Notes: generated by a model from the sequence alone, not told the origin. A stretch of 64,000 bases of DNA from Candidatus Binatia bacterium (GCA_963666515.2 OY762897.2:1984001-2048000), one strand, 5' to 3'. Positions 16,985-27,395 are shown, counted from the stretch's first letter. Made by a program: numbers and translations.

Positions 16985-19387
16985 TCACTTCGAGGCGCGG
17001 GCCTTTTCCATTTGCTCCCACACCCGCTCGGGCGTGAGCGGCAGGTGGTCGAAGGTACAGCCCAGGGGCTCCAGGGCGTTCTCCACCGCGTTGCAGATGG
17101 CGGCCGGCGCGGGGATGGCGCCGCCTTCCCCCACCCCCTTCATCCCCAACGGCGTGTACGGCGACGGCGTCACCAGGTGGTCCATCGCCACGTCGGGGAT
17201 CTCCACCGCGGTGGGCTTGAGATAGTCCACGAAGGTGGTGGACTTGAGGTTCCCCTCCGCGTCGTAGTCGAACTCCTCGAACAGCGCCGCGCCGATGCCG
17301 TGGGCGGTGGCTCCCTGCACCAGCCCTTCCACGATGGACGGGTTGAGCACGGTGCCGCAGTCGTGCACCACGCCGTACTTGAGAATGGTCACGCCGCCGG
17401 TGTCCGGGTCCACCTCGACGATGACCCCGTGGGCGGCGTTGCTGGCGAAGAGCTGGTTCCGCACCCGGCGGTTCTCGTCGGGCACGTTGGCGATGTCGGG
17501 CTTGTAGTAGAAGCGGCCCTCCAGGCCGGGCTCCATGTCGGGCGGCAGCGACAGCAGGTCGCGGTAGGCCACGAAGGCCAGCTCGCCCAGGGTCTTGCGG
17601 TGCTCGTGGCGGTCGCGGGCGTGCACGCCGCCGTCGGCCAGCTCCAGGTTCTCCACCGGCTCCTCCAGCAGGTGGGCCGCCAGTTCCAGCAGCTTGTCGC
17701 GCACCTTGCGCGCCGCGCCCAGGATCGCGCCCACGTCGGTGCCGGCGAACTTGTTGGAGTAGTTGCCGGTGGCGTAGAGCCAGGGCGTCACCGCGGAGTC
17801 GAAGAACGGCGACACCCGGACGCCGTCCATGGCGACGCCCAACTCGTCGGCGACGATCTGTGCCGCCGCGGTCTCGTGCCCCTGCCCGCTGCCCACGTCC
17901 CCAAGCAGCACCAGGATGCTGCCGTCGTGCTCCACCCGCACCATGGCCGCCTCGGCCGCGCCCGAGGCGCTGCGCCGGCCCGACGAGAGGATGTAGGCCG
18001 AGGCGTTGGAGGTGCTGGGCTCCAGCCCGATGGCGATGCCGATGCCGAGGTAACGCCCTTGGGCGCGGGCCTCCCGCTGCTCCCGGAGGAAGTCCTCGTA
18101 GTCGATGAGCGGTAGCAGCTTGTCCAGGGTGCCGTTGAAGTCGCCGCTGTCGATGAGCGCGCCGCTGGGGCCGGTGTAGGGCATGGCGTCTGGCAGGACC
18201 AGGTTCCTGCGCCGGAGATCGATGGCGTCCATGCCCAACTCGCGCGCCAGGTAGTCCATCATCCGTTCCATGGCCAGGCACATGAACGGCTTGCCGATGC
18301 CCCGGTTGGCCCCCGACGGGCACTTGTTGGTCATCACCGAGTTGACCTCGTAGCGCACCACCGGGATGCGATAGCAGTTGGTCAGGTTGCCGAGCTTGAG
18401 GATCGAGTGGACCGTGGGATTGAGGACGTTGGCGCCCTCGTCGGCGATGTCCCGCACCTTCATGCCGAGGATGCGGCCTTCCTCGTCCAGCGCCGCCTCC
18501 AGGTCCATGACCCCGTTGCAGGCGTGGATCAGCGCCATGAGGTTCTCGCGGCGGTCTTCCAGGTAGTGCACCGGCCTGCCGCCGCTCAGCTTGGACAGCA
18601 GCGCGGCGATGATCAGGTAGTGGGCCTTGCGCTTGTTGCCGAAGCCGCCGCCCACGTCCGGCGTGACGAAACGGATCTGCGAGTGGGTGAGGCCCAGGCT
18701 GTGGGCGACGATGGGCATGGCCTGGCCGGGCCGCTGGTCGTTGGACCAGATGGTGAGCTGTTCCCGGTGGTCGTCGTAGACCGCGGTGCAGCCGAAGGTT
18801 TCCAGCGCGGTGGACGAGTACCGCTGGATGTAGAAGCGTTTCTTGAGCACCCGCGCGGCGCGGCCGAAGGCCTCGTCCACGTCGCCGTAGTCGAAGCGGT
18901 CCTGCCACATGACGTTGGTGCCCATGGACTCGAACAGCAGCGACGCGTCCGGCTCCATGGCCGCCTCCGGGTCCACCGCCGCAGGCAGCGGCTCGTACTC
19001 CACACGGATCTTCTCCAGCGCGTCTTCCGCCAAGTAGCGGCTTTCGGCCAGAATGGCCGCCACCGGCTCGCCCACGTGGGTCACCTTGCCGTAGGCCAGG
19101 CAATAGGCATCGAGCGCCACGGGGATGGGGATGAGGGAGCGGAGCGGCTCGCTCATGCGGCTCGCGTCCTCGCCGGTGAGGCCGCACACCACGCCGGGCA
19201 TCTCCAGCGCCTCGCTCAAGTCCACCTTCAGGATGCGCGCGTGGGCGTGCACGCTCCGCAGCAGCGCCACGTGGAGCGTGTCCGGGAACTTCATGTCGTC
19301 GATGTAGGTGCCCCGGCCGGTGGAGAACCGCAGGTCCTCCCGGAGCGGCACCGCCCGGCCCTTCCATTGCGTGGAGGAAGCTTCCAT
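16985..19387 (-). CDS. Xanthine dehydrogenase/CoxL family molybdopterin-binding subunit
   Basis: GRGTYIDD, VGGGFG, GQGHET and KGVGEGG motifs; active-site loop GANRGIG. Confidence 0.93.
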   Translation of the reverse strand: MEASSTQWKGRAVPLREDLRFSTGRGTYIDDMKFPDTLHVALLRSVHAHARILKVDLSEALEMPGVVCGLTGEDASRMSEPLRSLIPIPVALDAYCLAYGKVTHVGEPVAAILAESRYLAEDALEKIRVEYEPLPAAVDPEAAMEPDASLLFESMGTNVMWQDRFDYGDVDEAFGRAARVLKKRFYIQRYSSTALETFGCTAVYDDHREQLTIWSNDQRPGQAMPIVAHSLGLTHSQIRFVTPDVGGGFGNKRKAHYLIIAALLSKLSGGRPVHYLEDRRENLMALIHACNGVMDLEAALDEEGRILGMKVRDIADEGANVLNPTVHSILKLGNLTNCYRIPVVRYEVNSVMTNKCPSGANRGIGKPFMCLAMERMMDYLARELGMDAIDLRRRNLVLPDAMPYTGPSGALIDSGDFNGTLDKLLPLIDYEDFLREQREARAQGRYLGIGIAIGLEPSTSNASAYILSSGRRSASGAAEAAMVRVEHDGSILVLLGDVGSGQGHETAAAQIVADELGVAMDGVRVSPFFDSAVTPWLYATGNYSNKFAGTDVGAILGAARKVRDKLLELAAHLLEEPVENLELADGGVHARDRHEHRKTLGELAFVAYRDLLSLPPDMEPGLEGRFYYKPDIANVPDENRRVRNQLFASNAAHGVIVEVDPDTGGVTILKYGVVHDCGTVLNPSIVEGLVQGATAHGIGAALFEEFDYDAEGNLKSTTFVDYLKPTAVEIPDVAMDHLVTPSPYTPLGMKGVGEGGAIPAPAAICNAVENALEPLGCTFDHLPLTPERVWEQMEKARASK

Positions 19388-19396
19388 GGGGAACGG

Positions 19397-20008
19397 TCAG
19401 CCTTTCGCGGGCGCCCGGTCGTCGCCGCTCGCCGGCGGCGAAGTCCCGCGCGCCCCGGCGTGCGAATCAACCGGGCCGGACATGAGCGGCGCCGCGGCGC
19501 GCACCGCCCGGATGATGCCGGCGTAGCCGGTGCACATGCACAGGTTGCCGGACAAGGCCTCGCGCACCTGCGCCTCGGTGGGGTCTGGACAGTGCTTCAG
19601 CAGGTCCACGGCCGCCAGCAGCATACCCGGCGTGCAGAAGCCGCACTGGAGCGCATGGTGGTCCACGAACGCCTGCTGCAACGGACTCAGTTCCTGCTCG
19701 CTGCCGAGGCCCTCGACGGTGACGATCTCGTGACCGTCGGCCTGCACCGCGAACAGAATGCACGAACGAATCACCTCGCCGTCCATCAGCACCGAGCACG
19801 CGCCGCACACGCCGTGCTCGCAGCCCACGTGGACGCCGGTAGAGCCCGCGTCCTCGCGCAGGAAGTCCGCGAGGGTCTTGCGCACATCCACCGCGGCCTC
19901 GCAGCGCGTTCCGTTGACCGTCACGGAGACGGTGCGCCTGTCAGGCGTTGCGTCCGTCGGGCGTTGCGCCGATTGGCTCGTCGATTCGTTCGTCAATTCC
20001 GGCTCCAT
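19397..20008 (-). CDS. [2Fe-2S] small subunit (CoxS family)
   Basis: GCEHGVCGAC, QCGFCTPG and NLCMCTGY. Confidence 0.93.
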   Translation of the reverse strand: MEPELTNESTSQSAQRPTDATPDRRTVSVTVNGTRCEAAVDVRKTLADFLREDAGSTGVHVGCEHGVCGACSVLMDGEVIRSCILFAVQADGHEIVTVEGLGSEQELSPLQQAFVDHHALQCGFCTPGMLLAAVDLLKHCPDPTEAQVREALSGNLCMCTGYAGIIRAVRAAAPLMSGPVDSHAGARGTSPPASGDDRAPAKG

Positions 20009-20880
20009 CGCTCCAGCGCCTGCGCCACCGCCCGCTTCACCAGAACCGCGGCAAGACGCTGCTGGTAGGCCGTGGCGTCCGCGTGGGACGGCAGCGCCGC
20101 CACTGCGGACTCGGCCGTCCCGCCCGCCTCTTCCACCAACTCGGCTTGCGCCGAACTGTCCGTTCGGGAGACGACCGACTCCGCCACGATCCGCTCCACC
20201 GCGTCGAGACGAGAAGGCGTCCACGCCGGACCCGCCGCCACCACCCGCGCCCCGGTCACGGTTCCGTCGCCTTCCAGCACCGCCGCGGCCTCCGCCAGGG
20301 CGAAATCGCCGTGACGCCGGCTGAACTCAACGAAGCTCGCGGCCAGCGGCACCGGCGCCGCAGGAACCCGCACCTCCACCAGAATCTCGCCGGGCGACAG
20401 CGCAGTCTCGTACGGGGCCATGAAGAACTCACCGGCCGCGATGACTCGCTCGCCCCCCGGGCCGGCCGCCACCAACTCGGCTTCGAGGGCCGTCATCACG
20501 CAAGGCAACTCCGCCACCGGGTCGGCGTGGGCCAAGCTGCCGCCGATGGTGCCGCGGTTTCGGATGGCGGGATGTCCCACCTGCGCCAATGCCTCGACGA
20601 GGAGCGGACAACGCTCCACCAGGAGCGCCGAAAACTCCGCCTCCCGCTGGCGGGTCATGGCGCCAATGCAAAGACGGCCGCCTTCGTCGCGGATGTAGGA
20701 CAAACCCTCCACCTGATTGATGTCCACCAGCACATCAGGATATGCGAGCCGCAGGTTCAGCAGCGGCACTAAGCTTTGGCCGCCAGCGAGCACCCGCGCC
20801 TCTCCCGGTGCATCCCGCAGTAGGTCCAACGCTTCGGCCAGGGACCGTGGCGTATGGTAACGGAACGGTGGTGGTTTCAT
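19993..20880 (-). CDS. FAD-binding medium subunit (CoxM family)
   Basis: LAGGQSL, IRNRGTIGGSLAHADP and RRHGDFA. Confidence 0.93.
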   Translation of the reverse strand: MKPPPFRYHTPRSLAEALDLLRDAPGEARVLAGGQSLVPLLNLRLAYPDVLVDINQVEGLSYIRDEGGRLCIGAMTRQREAEFSALLVERCPLLVEALAQVGHPAIRNRGTIGGSLAHADPVAELPCVMTALEAELVAAGPGGERVIAAGEFFMAPYETALSPGEILVEVRVPAAPVPLAASFVEFSRRHGDFALAEAAAVLEGDGTVTGARVVAAGPAWTPSRLDAVERIVAESVVSRTDSSAQAELVEEAGGTAESAVAALPSHADATAYQQRLAAVLVKRAVAQALERWSRN

Positions 20881-20979
20881 AGCGGGAAATTCGTGTCCTG
20901 GAGCGGAAATGCAGAAGGAATCGCCTGTACCGTAGCGGTTCGCCACGACGCCCGTCAAGCGATCTGCCAGCGCACCACC

Positions 20980-21543
20980 TCACTCTTTCATGGAAGCCCA
21001 CAGTCTCTCGACACCCTTGACAAACACTTGAAAGCTGTGTGAGCGATTCTCCCGTGACAGGCAGTTGGCCATGCGACGGGCACCCTGCCTCTTCTGGAAT
21101 TCTGGAACTAGCCGGGCGAGGGCTTTGGACGGCTGAACGACACCATCAGGGTCTTGATATCGCCTTTTGTTCAGTTCGCGTAGCGCGCCTTGTCGGGCTT
21201 CGGGATATGCTCTCCCGAGTGCTCCCACATCGCCCAGGTACCACGCCTCGAGTTCGCGGCACACAATACGGACAAGCACATCGGTTCGTCCAGCTTCTTC
21301 ACACAACCGCACGAGAGCATTCTTCACTTGGCGACAGTCCGCACTATTCCGATCCCGCATCACGACGAAACGGACATCCGGTTCTCGCCACGCACGGATC
21401 TTTTTGGGGACGCTAAGAGTCAAGTCCTGCTTCCCGTCATGAGGCACACATTGGAATTGCAATCCAGGAATGAGTCGTGGCAGAAGCCCTTCAAGCAAAT
21501 CCGCCATCGAGGGTTCTTCAACAAGAAAAACTATCTTCATCAT
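20980..21543 (-). CDS. DUF4276 family (TOPRIM-like) protein
   Basis: VFLVEEPS, GKQDL, RIVCRELEAWYLGD and SHSF; coupled to the upstream ATPase by overlap. Confidence 0.75.
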   Translation of the reverse strand: MMKIVFLVEEPSMADLLEGLLPRLIPGLQFQCVPHDGKQDLTLSVPKKIRAWREPDVRFVVMRDRNSADCRQVKNALVRLCEEAGRTDVLVRIVCRELEAWYLGDVGALGRAYPEARQGALRELNKRRYQDPDGVVQPSKALARLVPEFQKRQGARRMANCLSRENRSHSFQVFVKGVERLWASMKE

Positions 21544-22718
21544 CCCGGATCGGCGCCCTCGAACAACCGCTGTTTCCAGAGGCTCCCTGGGCGGTCTCCT
21601 TCAGTCACCAAACTACGCAATAGCTCGTCGTCGCTCGCGCGTCTGACGGTACAAAACCCTCCGGACTTTTTCAGCCAATAAATCTCGCTGATTTCAGCAC
21701 CGCTCAGAAAGTCAGGCGAGTGAGTCGATACGAACACTTGACCGCCCCTTAGCGCATAGGCCCTAAATTCCTCAATGAGCTCGTCAAGCAATGACGGGTA
21801 CAACTGATTTTCGGGTTCTTCTACGGCGAGAAGCGAGTGTGGCTTTGGATCGTGGAGCAACACCAGGTAAGTGAACATCTTGATCGTGCCATCGGAGACA
21901 TAGCGGGCCACGAACGGGTCCTGAAAGCTTCCGTCTTGGAACCGAAGCACCAGACGCCCGTCCTCGGTAGGCTTGGCTTCCACATTTGTAACGCCGGGAA
22001 CGCGATGGCGCATGGCGTCAAGCATGCGGTTGAACTGTTCCGGGTGGTTCTCGAAAAGAAATTGTGCAACCTGTGCGACATTGTCTCCACGTGGCGAGAG
22101 GTGTTCAGCGTAACCAGCGTCGGCACTGGGCCGGGCATCGGCGATGTGAAAGTTGGAAATGTGCCAGCTCTCGATCAGACTGCGGAATTCGGAGACAACC
22201 CGGAACTCGCGGAACTGCCCCAAGCCCTTGATCGCCAGGATGCTTGGGTCGTCCAGTTCATATTCCTCTCGCTTTTCGACCGCACCCTCCTCGCCGTACA
22301 CGGACTCGTTCGTTATCGCCTCACCTTTGCCACGCGAGAAATTCACGAAATTCCAAGGCCGGCCAGCACCCCGGCCGCGTCTGTACCGCAATACTTCCCG
22401 ATCCACGACCACGCGGCCTTCTTCACTGGACACCTCCAGTATGTACGTCGCTAAACGTCCACCGCTCTCCCTGAACTTTACCGTAATCCCGACCGGTCCC
22501 TTTTCTCCCCGGCTGACCAACTCCTTGAACCCGCCACGACGGGCCACGGCAGACGTAGCGTTGCTCGCCAATGCTTCCTTCAAGAACGAAAACACGTCGA
22601 ATAGCGTGGACTTCCCCGTCCCGTTGGCTCCAATAATGACACTCATAGGAGGCAGCCTGGTGAGCTTCACGTCTCGGAAGACACGGTAGTTTTTGATTTC
22701 GATCTGTTCAATCTGCAT
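21540..22718 (-). CDS. ABC/SMC-like AAA ATPase (AAA_21/AAA_15 type)
   Basis: Walker A GANGTGKS, signature VSDG, Walker B LAVEEPEN, H-loop STHS. Confidence 0.9.
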   Translation of the reverse strand: MQIEQIEIKNYRVFRDVKLTRLPPMSVIIGANGTGKSTLFDVFSFLKEALASNATSAVARRGGFKELVSRGEKGPVGITVKFRESGGRLATYILEVSSEEGRVVVDREVLRYRRGRGAGRPWNFVNFSRGKGEAITNESVYGEEGAVEKREEYELDDPSILAIKGLGQFREFRVVSEFRSLIESWHISNFHIADARPSADAGYAEHLSPRGDNVAQVAQFLFENHPEQFNRMLDAMRHRVPGVTNVEAKPTEDGRLVLRFQDGSFQDPFVARYVSDGTIKMFTYLVLLHDPKPHSLLAVEEPENQLYPSLLDELIEEFRAYALRGGQVFVSTHSPDFLSGAEISEIYWLKKSGGFCTVRRASDDELLRSLVTEGDRPGSLWKQRLFEGADPG

Positions 22719-22956
22719 GAGTCACGCCTTCCTGAACACTCGCGCTCCTGCGAGGAGGGGGGATGCCGGAGAACTGTCCCCTCTGACGTTGAAAATAGCT
22801 AGAAAGGGCGTCGCCGGTCAATCAGCAACCTTGTATCTGAGAGACGGAGGGTCGGTTGTGTCGTCGGGTCGTGGGGGGTGGGGCGATGGAAACGAAAGGC
22901 CAACCGTTGCCGCTCATTTGCCTATCCTGGCCGTATCCGTTACAGGGGGAGGCTTC

Positions 22957-23820
22957 ATGCGCCCCGAAATCGTTCCGTTTCTCTCCGCCATGGGCTGGGC
23001 CGTGGACTCGATCCTGGTGCGCAAGGGCGCGCGCACGTCGAGCGTTCTCAGCGCCGCCTTCCTTAGCTACGTGGTGACCACCATCCTGATGTGGTCCTAC
23101 GTGGCGATCAACTTCCCGCTGTCCATCGTCCGCTCCCCCGCGGCTTTCTATTTCATGGCCAGCGGCACGCTCCAGCCGCTGCTGGCCCGGATCTTCCTCT
23201 ACATCGGCATCGACCGCTTGGGGGTCGCCCGTGCCATGCCGCTGCGCGGCACCGGACCGATCTTCTCCGTGGCCATCGCCGTGTTCTTCCTCCAGGAACG
23301 CCCGGTGATCCCGGTCTACCTCGGGGCTCTGTTCATCGTCGCCGGAGGATGGCTGGTGCTCTACCGCAAGGGCGCGGCCGGCTCCGACTGGCGACTCCTG
23401 GACGCGATCTATCCCCTTCTGGCGGCATTGCTGGCGGGGGTCTCGCAGAATTTCCGCAAGGCCGGCCTGCTCATCCTGCCCAACCCGTTCGTGGCCGGCG
23501 CGGTGACCACCGGGACCTCCCTCACCATCTTCGTGCTCTACCTCTGGATCAAGCGGCAGTTCTCGGTGGTGATCCCGAGCCGGGAGAGCCTGCCCTACTT
23601 CGGGCCTACGGCCTTCGTCTCGGCGATCTCGCAACTCCTGGTCTTCACCTCGCTGAATTTGGGCGACGTGTCGGTGATGATACCGTTGCTCAACACCACC
23701 CCGCTCTTCTCGCTTCTCTTCAGCGCCATCTTCCTGAGGGACCTGGAGAAGGTCACGGTACACATCGTCCTGGGCGCGCTGTCCCTGCTGGGCGGGGCTT
23801 TGCTCATCACCGCCCGATAG
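22957..23820 (+). CDS. DMT/EamA family transporter
   Basis: Two EamA repeats; GGGGAGG RBS before ATG 22957. Confidence 0.85.
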   Translation: MRPEIVPFLSAMGWAVDSILVRKGARTSSVLSAAFLSYVVTTILMWSYVAINFPLSIVRSPAAFYFMASGTLQPLLARIFLYIGIDRLGVARAMPLRGTGPIFSVAIAVFFLQERPVIPVYLGALFIVAGGWLVLYRKGAAGSDWRLLDAIYPLLAALLAGVSQNFRKAGLLILPNPFVAGAVTTGTSLTIFVLYLWIKRQFSVVIPSRESLPYFGPTAFVSAISQLLVFTSLNLGDVSVMIPLLNTTPLFSLLFSAIFLRDLEKVTVHIVLGALSLLGGALLITAR

Positions 23821-23871
23821 GAAGGTGTCCGGCCGCGCGTTCAAGGCGACCGGCCCGTCAGGACATGCGGG

Positions 23872-24840
23872 TCAGTCCACCCGGTTCCGCCGCTCGTCGC
23901 GCCGGAACGCCTGGATGTTCTCGAACACCTCGTCCATCAGCCGCTGGCGCGCCTCCCGCGCGGCCCAGGCGCAGTGAGGAGTGATCAGGAGGTTGTCCAG
24001 CCGGGCCGCCGCCTCCATCATCGGATGGCCCTCGTCCGGGGGCTCCTGGGAGATGACGTCCAGGGCTGCGCCGGCAATCCAGCCCTGCTCCAGCGCCTCG
24101 ATCAGCGCCGCTTCCTCCACCAGGCCGCCGCGCGCGGTGTTCACCAGGTAGGCCGTGGGCTTCATCAACGACAGGGTGTGCGGGTTGATGAACCTTTCGG
24201 TCAGAGGCGTCAGCGGGCAGTGCAGGCTCACGAAGTCGGCCTGCCGCAGCAATTCCTCCACCGGCATCCTCCCCGGCTGCGGCCGGTCTTCGCCCACGCG
24301 GCCGGCCACGATCACCTTGACGCCGAAGACCCGCGCCATCTCCGCCACCTTGCGGCCGATGTCGCCGTAACCGACGATGCCGAGCACCCGCCCCTGCAGC
24401 TCGAAGCTCGGGTAGTCGTGGCGCGTGAAGATGGTGCTCTCCTGCCAGTGGCCCATGCGCGTCCCTTGGGCGTAGCGGGCAGCCTGGGTGGCCAGCTCCA
24501 GGATAAGCGCCAGGGTGTACTGCGCCACCGCGGCGGTGGCGTAGCCCGGCACGTTGCACACGGCGATGCCGCGTTCCCTGGCGCAGGCGATGTCGACGTT
24601 GTCCGTGCCCGTGGCCCCGACCGCGATGAGCTGGAGCTTCCCGGCGGAGGGATGCTCCAGCCGCGGCCGGTCCAGCACGAACTTGTTGATCACCACGGAC
24701 TGGCAGCCCTCGACCCGCGCGGGCAGCTCGTCCGCGTCCGTCAGCTCGTGCACCTCGCATCCGCCGGCTTCCTCGAACCTGTCGAGTGAGATGACCCCGA
24801 ACGTCGCCGCGTCCAGAAACGCCGTGCGGAACTCGCTCAC
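23872..24840 (-). CDS. D-2-hydroxyacid dehydrogenase (glycerate dehydrogenase-like)
   Basis: GIVGYGDIG, SLHCPLT, NTARGG and ITPHCAW. Confidence 0.9.
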   Translation of the reverse strand: MSEFRTAFLDAATFGVISLDRFEEAGGCEVHELTDADELPARVEGCQSVVINKFVLDRPRLEHPSAGKLQLIAVGATGTDNVDIACARERGIAVCNVPGYATAAVAQYTLALILELATQAARYAQGTRMGHWQESTIFTRHDYPSFELQGRVLGIVGYGDIGRKVAEMARVFGVKVIVAGRVGEDRPQPGRMPVEELLRQADFVSLHCPLTPLTERFINPHTLSLMKPTAYLVNTARGGLVEEAALIEALEQGWIAGAALDVISQEPPDEGHPMMEAAARLDNLLITPHCAWAAREARQRLMDEVFENIQAFRRDERRNRVD

Positions 24841-24842
24841 GG

Positions 24843-25355
24843 CTACTCCTTCCCTCCGGGGCCGGTCTCGTCCTGGTAGTACGGCACCTCGGTGCCCTTC
24901 TTGTAGATGCCCCGGAACGGCTTTTGTTCCGACGCCCCCGGACCGGCGTACACGCCGACCTTGCCGGAGTCCGGGTAGTGGACGATGTCGGGGTACTGCA
25001 TGGTGCTCACGCACAGGTAGCGCAGGTCCGCCTCGGACGTGTTGATGAGCTGATGGGTCATGTCCACGCCGCCCGGGCAGGCGATGAACATCCCACCGCG
25101 CACCGCCACCTCCTCGTCCCCGAACCGCAGCGTCCCCTCACCCTCCAGGATGTAGATCAGCTCCTCGTTGAGGGTGTGGACGTGAATCGGGAACGCGGTC
25201 TTGCCCGGCGGAACCCTGAACATCCCGTAACCGAGCTTCTGCGCGCCCACGGCGAGGCCGACGCGCTGCCGGGTGCCGCCGAAGGACGTTCCCTCCGGAG
25301 CCGGAATGGACTCCTCCGGGACGTCGGAAATATGGACGATATGCTTGTGGCTCAT
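24843..25355 (-). CDS. Cupin domain protein
   Basis: PIHVHTLNEELIYILEG, HQLIN and YPDSGK. Confidence 0.88.
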   Translation of the reverse strand: MSHKHIVHISDVPEESIPAPEGTSFGGTRQRVGLAVGAQKLGYGMFRVPPGKTAFPIHVHTLNEELIYILEGEGTLRFGDEEVAVRGGMFIACPGGVDMTHQLINTSEADLRYLCVSTMQYPDIVHYPDSGKVGVYAGPGASEQKPFRGIYKKGTEVPYYQDETGPGGKE

Positions 25356-25458
25356 CGGTGCTCCTCCCTGACGTTGATTCTCAAACGATTTGCGGCTGCG
25401 GGTCAGGCGCCATATCGGGCCGGTTTCGTTCGAGGCGCGGCGTTGCTACGTTCCCGCC

Positions 25459-26079
25459 ATGAGCCTGCTGCTGGCGTACGCGATGGGCTTCTCGGTGGCC
25501 TCCATGCCGGGACCCATCCTGGCGCTCATCACCACCGAGACGCTCCGCAGGGGCGCGTGGCCGGGCGCGCAGACGGCGCTGGCGCCCATGTGCGTGGACG
25601 CCTGCGTCATGCTGCCGCTGGTGATGGTGCTCCAGTCCTCCATCCCGTCGGGCGCCGGCGCCCTGGTCATCGGGCTTGCCGGCGGCGCGTTCCTGTTCTG
25701 GCTCGGGCTCCAGTCCTTCCGCGCCGGATCGGCGCCCGTGGCGCCGGGCGGCCGGTGCGGCTCACGACGGCTTCCGCCCTTCCTCAAGAGTGTGCTGACC
25801 CAGCTCATGAACCCCTATGCCTACATCTTCTGGGGAACCGTGGGCTTCGCGTTCGTGCGCGAAGGGTTCGAGGCCCGCGGCCTGCAAGGGGCCGTGTCGT
25901 TCCCCGCGGGTTTCTGGCTCGGCGCCGGCACCATGAACTTCCTGGTGGTGTATCTCGTGAGCCGCGGCCGGCGCTACCTGCCAGCCCGCGCGGAGCCCTG
26001 GGTGCATGTGTTCTCGGGCGTCCTTTTGATCGCGGCGGGCGGCTTCCTCGTCTGGGCGGTATACAGGGATCACTTGTGA
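25459..26079 (+). CDS. LysE family translocator
   Basis: PGP motif in TM1 and NPYAYIFW. Confidence 0.82.
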   Translation: MSLLLAYAMGFSVASMPGPILALITTETLRRGAWPGAQTALAPMCVDACVMLPLVMVLQSSIPSGAGALVIGLAGGAFLFWLGLQSFRAGSAPVAPGGRCGSRRLPPFLKSVLTQLMNPYAYIFWGTVGFAFVREGFEARGLQGAVSFPAGFWLGAGTMNFLVVYLVSRGRRYLPARAEPWVHVFSGVLLIAAGGFLVWAVYRDHL

Positions 26080-26870
26080 GACTTGGCCTGCTCCCACAGC
26101 GCATCCATCTCCTCGAAGGACGCCTCGTCCACGGTCTTGCCGCGGGCCGCAAGCTCCTGCTCGATGTGGGCGAAGCGCTTGTGAAAGCGCGCGATGGCGC
26201 CTTCCAGCGCCTCTTCCGCCTGCACCTTCAGGAACCGGCTCAGGTTGACCACCGAGAACAGGAGATCTCCGAGTTCCGCCTCCATTCGATCCGCTTCGCC
26301 CGTACCCGCCGCCTCCCTCAACTCATCCAGCTCCTCCTCGACCTTGCCCCACACGGGCTCCACGTCCGGCCAGTCGAAACCCACGCCCGCGGCCTTGTCG
26401 CCGATGCGCTGGGCGCGCGCCAGCGCAGGCATGGCCCGGGGCACCGAGGTAAAGATGGAATGCCCCTGCGCGCCGCCGGAAGGCTTCTCCAATGCCTTGA
26501 TCTTCTCCCAGTTCCGCAGCACCGCTCCCGAGTCCGTGGCCTGCTCATCGCCGAAGACGTGGGGATGGCGCCGCACGAGCTTGTCCCGCAGGCCGGTCAT
26601 CACATCCTCGATGGCGAAGCGCCGGTCCTCACCGGCCATCTGGGCATGGAACAGCACCTGCAGCAGCACGTCGCCCAGTTCCTCCCGCATGGCCCCGTCG
26701 TCGCCCTCGTCGATGGCCTCCAGCAGCTCGTAGGTCTCCTCCAGCGCATAGCGCTTGAGGGAGGCATGGGTCTGCTCCCGGTCCCACGGACAGCCGCCCT
26801 CGCCGCGCAGGCGCGCCATGACGCCCACCAGCTCCTCGAACAACTCTCCCGTGCTCTTGCCGTCGCTCAC
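26070..26870 (-). CDS. mazG: Nucleoside triphosphate pyrophosphohydrolase MazG
   Basis: GCPWDREQT, EETYE, EELGD, RRHPHVF; two MazG domains. Confidence 0.95.
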   Translation of the reverse strand: MSDGKSTGELFEELVGVMARLRGEGGCPWDREQTHASLKRYALEETYELLEAIDEGDDGAMREELGDVLLQVLFHAQMAGEDRRFAIEDVMTGLRDKLVRRHPHVFGDEQATDSGAVLRNWEKIKALEKPSGGAQGHSIFTSVPRAMPALARAQRIGDKAAGVGFDWPDVEPVWGKVEEELDELREAAGTGEADRMEAELGDLLFSVVNLSRFLKVQAEEALEGAIARFHKRFAHIEQELAARGKTVDEASFEEMDALWEQAKSHK

Positions 26871-26879
26871 GGGGGCCGT

Positions 26880-27269
26880 CTAGTCCTGTCGGGGCGCGCC
26901 GACCCATCCGGTGTCGGACACGTCGATCTCCTGCTCGTCGGGACCGGTGACCTTGACCTCGAAGTAGGACTGGGGATGGGACGGATCCGTGGGGTTGATC
27001 CGCGCCATGTCCGTGAGCTGTCCGCCGCCCAGCTCGGTCACCCGCTCCACCGCCTTTTCCAGATCGTCCACCTGGAAGCCGAAGTGCTCCACGCCCGCGG
27101 GCGACGTGGGCGTCCTCAGGTTGAGGATCGCCATGTTGATGTGGCCGTCCGAGAGGTAGACGCCGCTGCGCCCCTTGCCTACCTCCTGGAGGTCGAACGC
27201 CTCCTTGTAGAACGCCGCCGTCTTGGCCACGTCCCGGGTCCTTATTGCAATGTGCTTGAGTCGCGCCAT
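26880..27269 (-). CDS. VOC/glyoxalase family protein
   Basis: LKHIAI...FYKEAF and HFGFQVDD. Confidence 0.85.
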   Translation of the reverse strand: MARLKHIAIRTRDVAKTAAFYKEAFDLQEVGKGRSGVYLSDGHINMAILNLRTPTSPAGVEHFGFQVDDLEKAVERVTELGGGQLTDMARINPTDPSHPQSYFEVKVTGPDEQEIDVSDTGWVGAPRQD

Positions 27270-27395
27270 GTCACCCTCCCATAAGCAGGATTGTTGCATC
27301 ACACTCTATAGCAAAACCGGCCAAGTTTCATTCATTCCCATCCCCGCTGGCGTTGTCGCTCACAAATGGGACGACGAACAGCTAGACTTCACCTC

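Noticed and set aside
16985-19387. Aerobic CO dehydrogenase
   Set aside because: Lacks the AYxCSFR loop and the coxDEFG accessory genes
16953-20324. Long alternative-frame and antisense ORFs here and elsewhere (e.g. 24924-27284, 36200-38026, 41563-43866)
   Set aside because: Arg/Gly/Pro-rich shadow ORFs expected at high GC; they overlap well-supported genes
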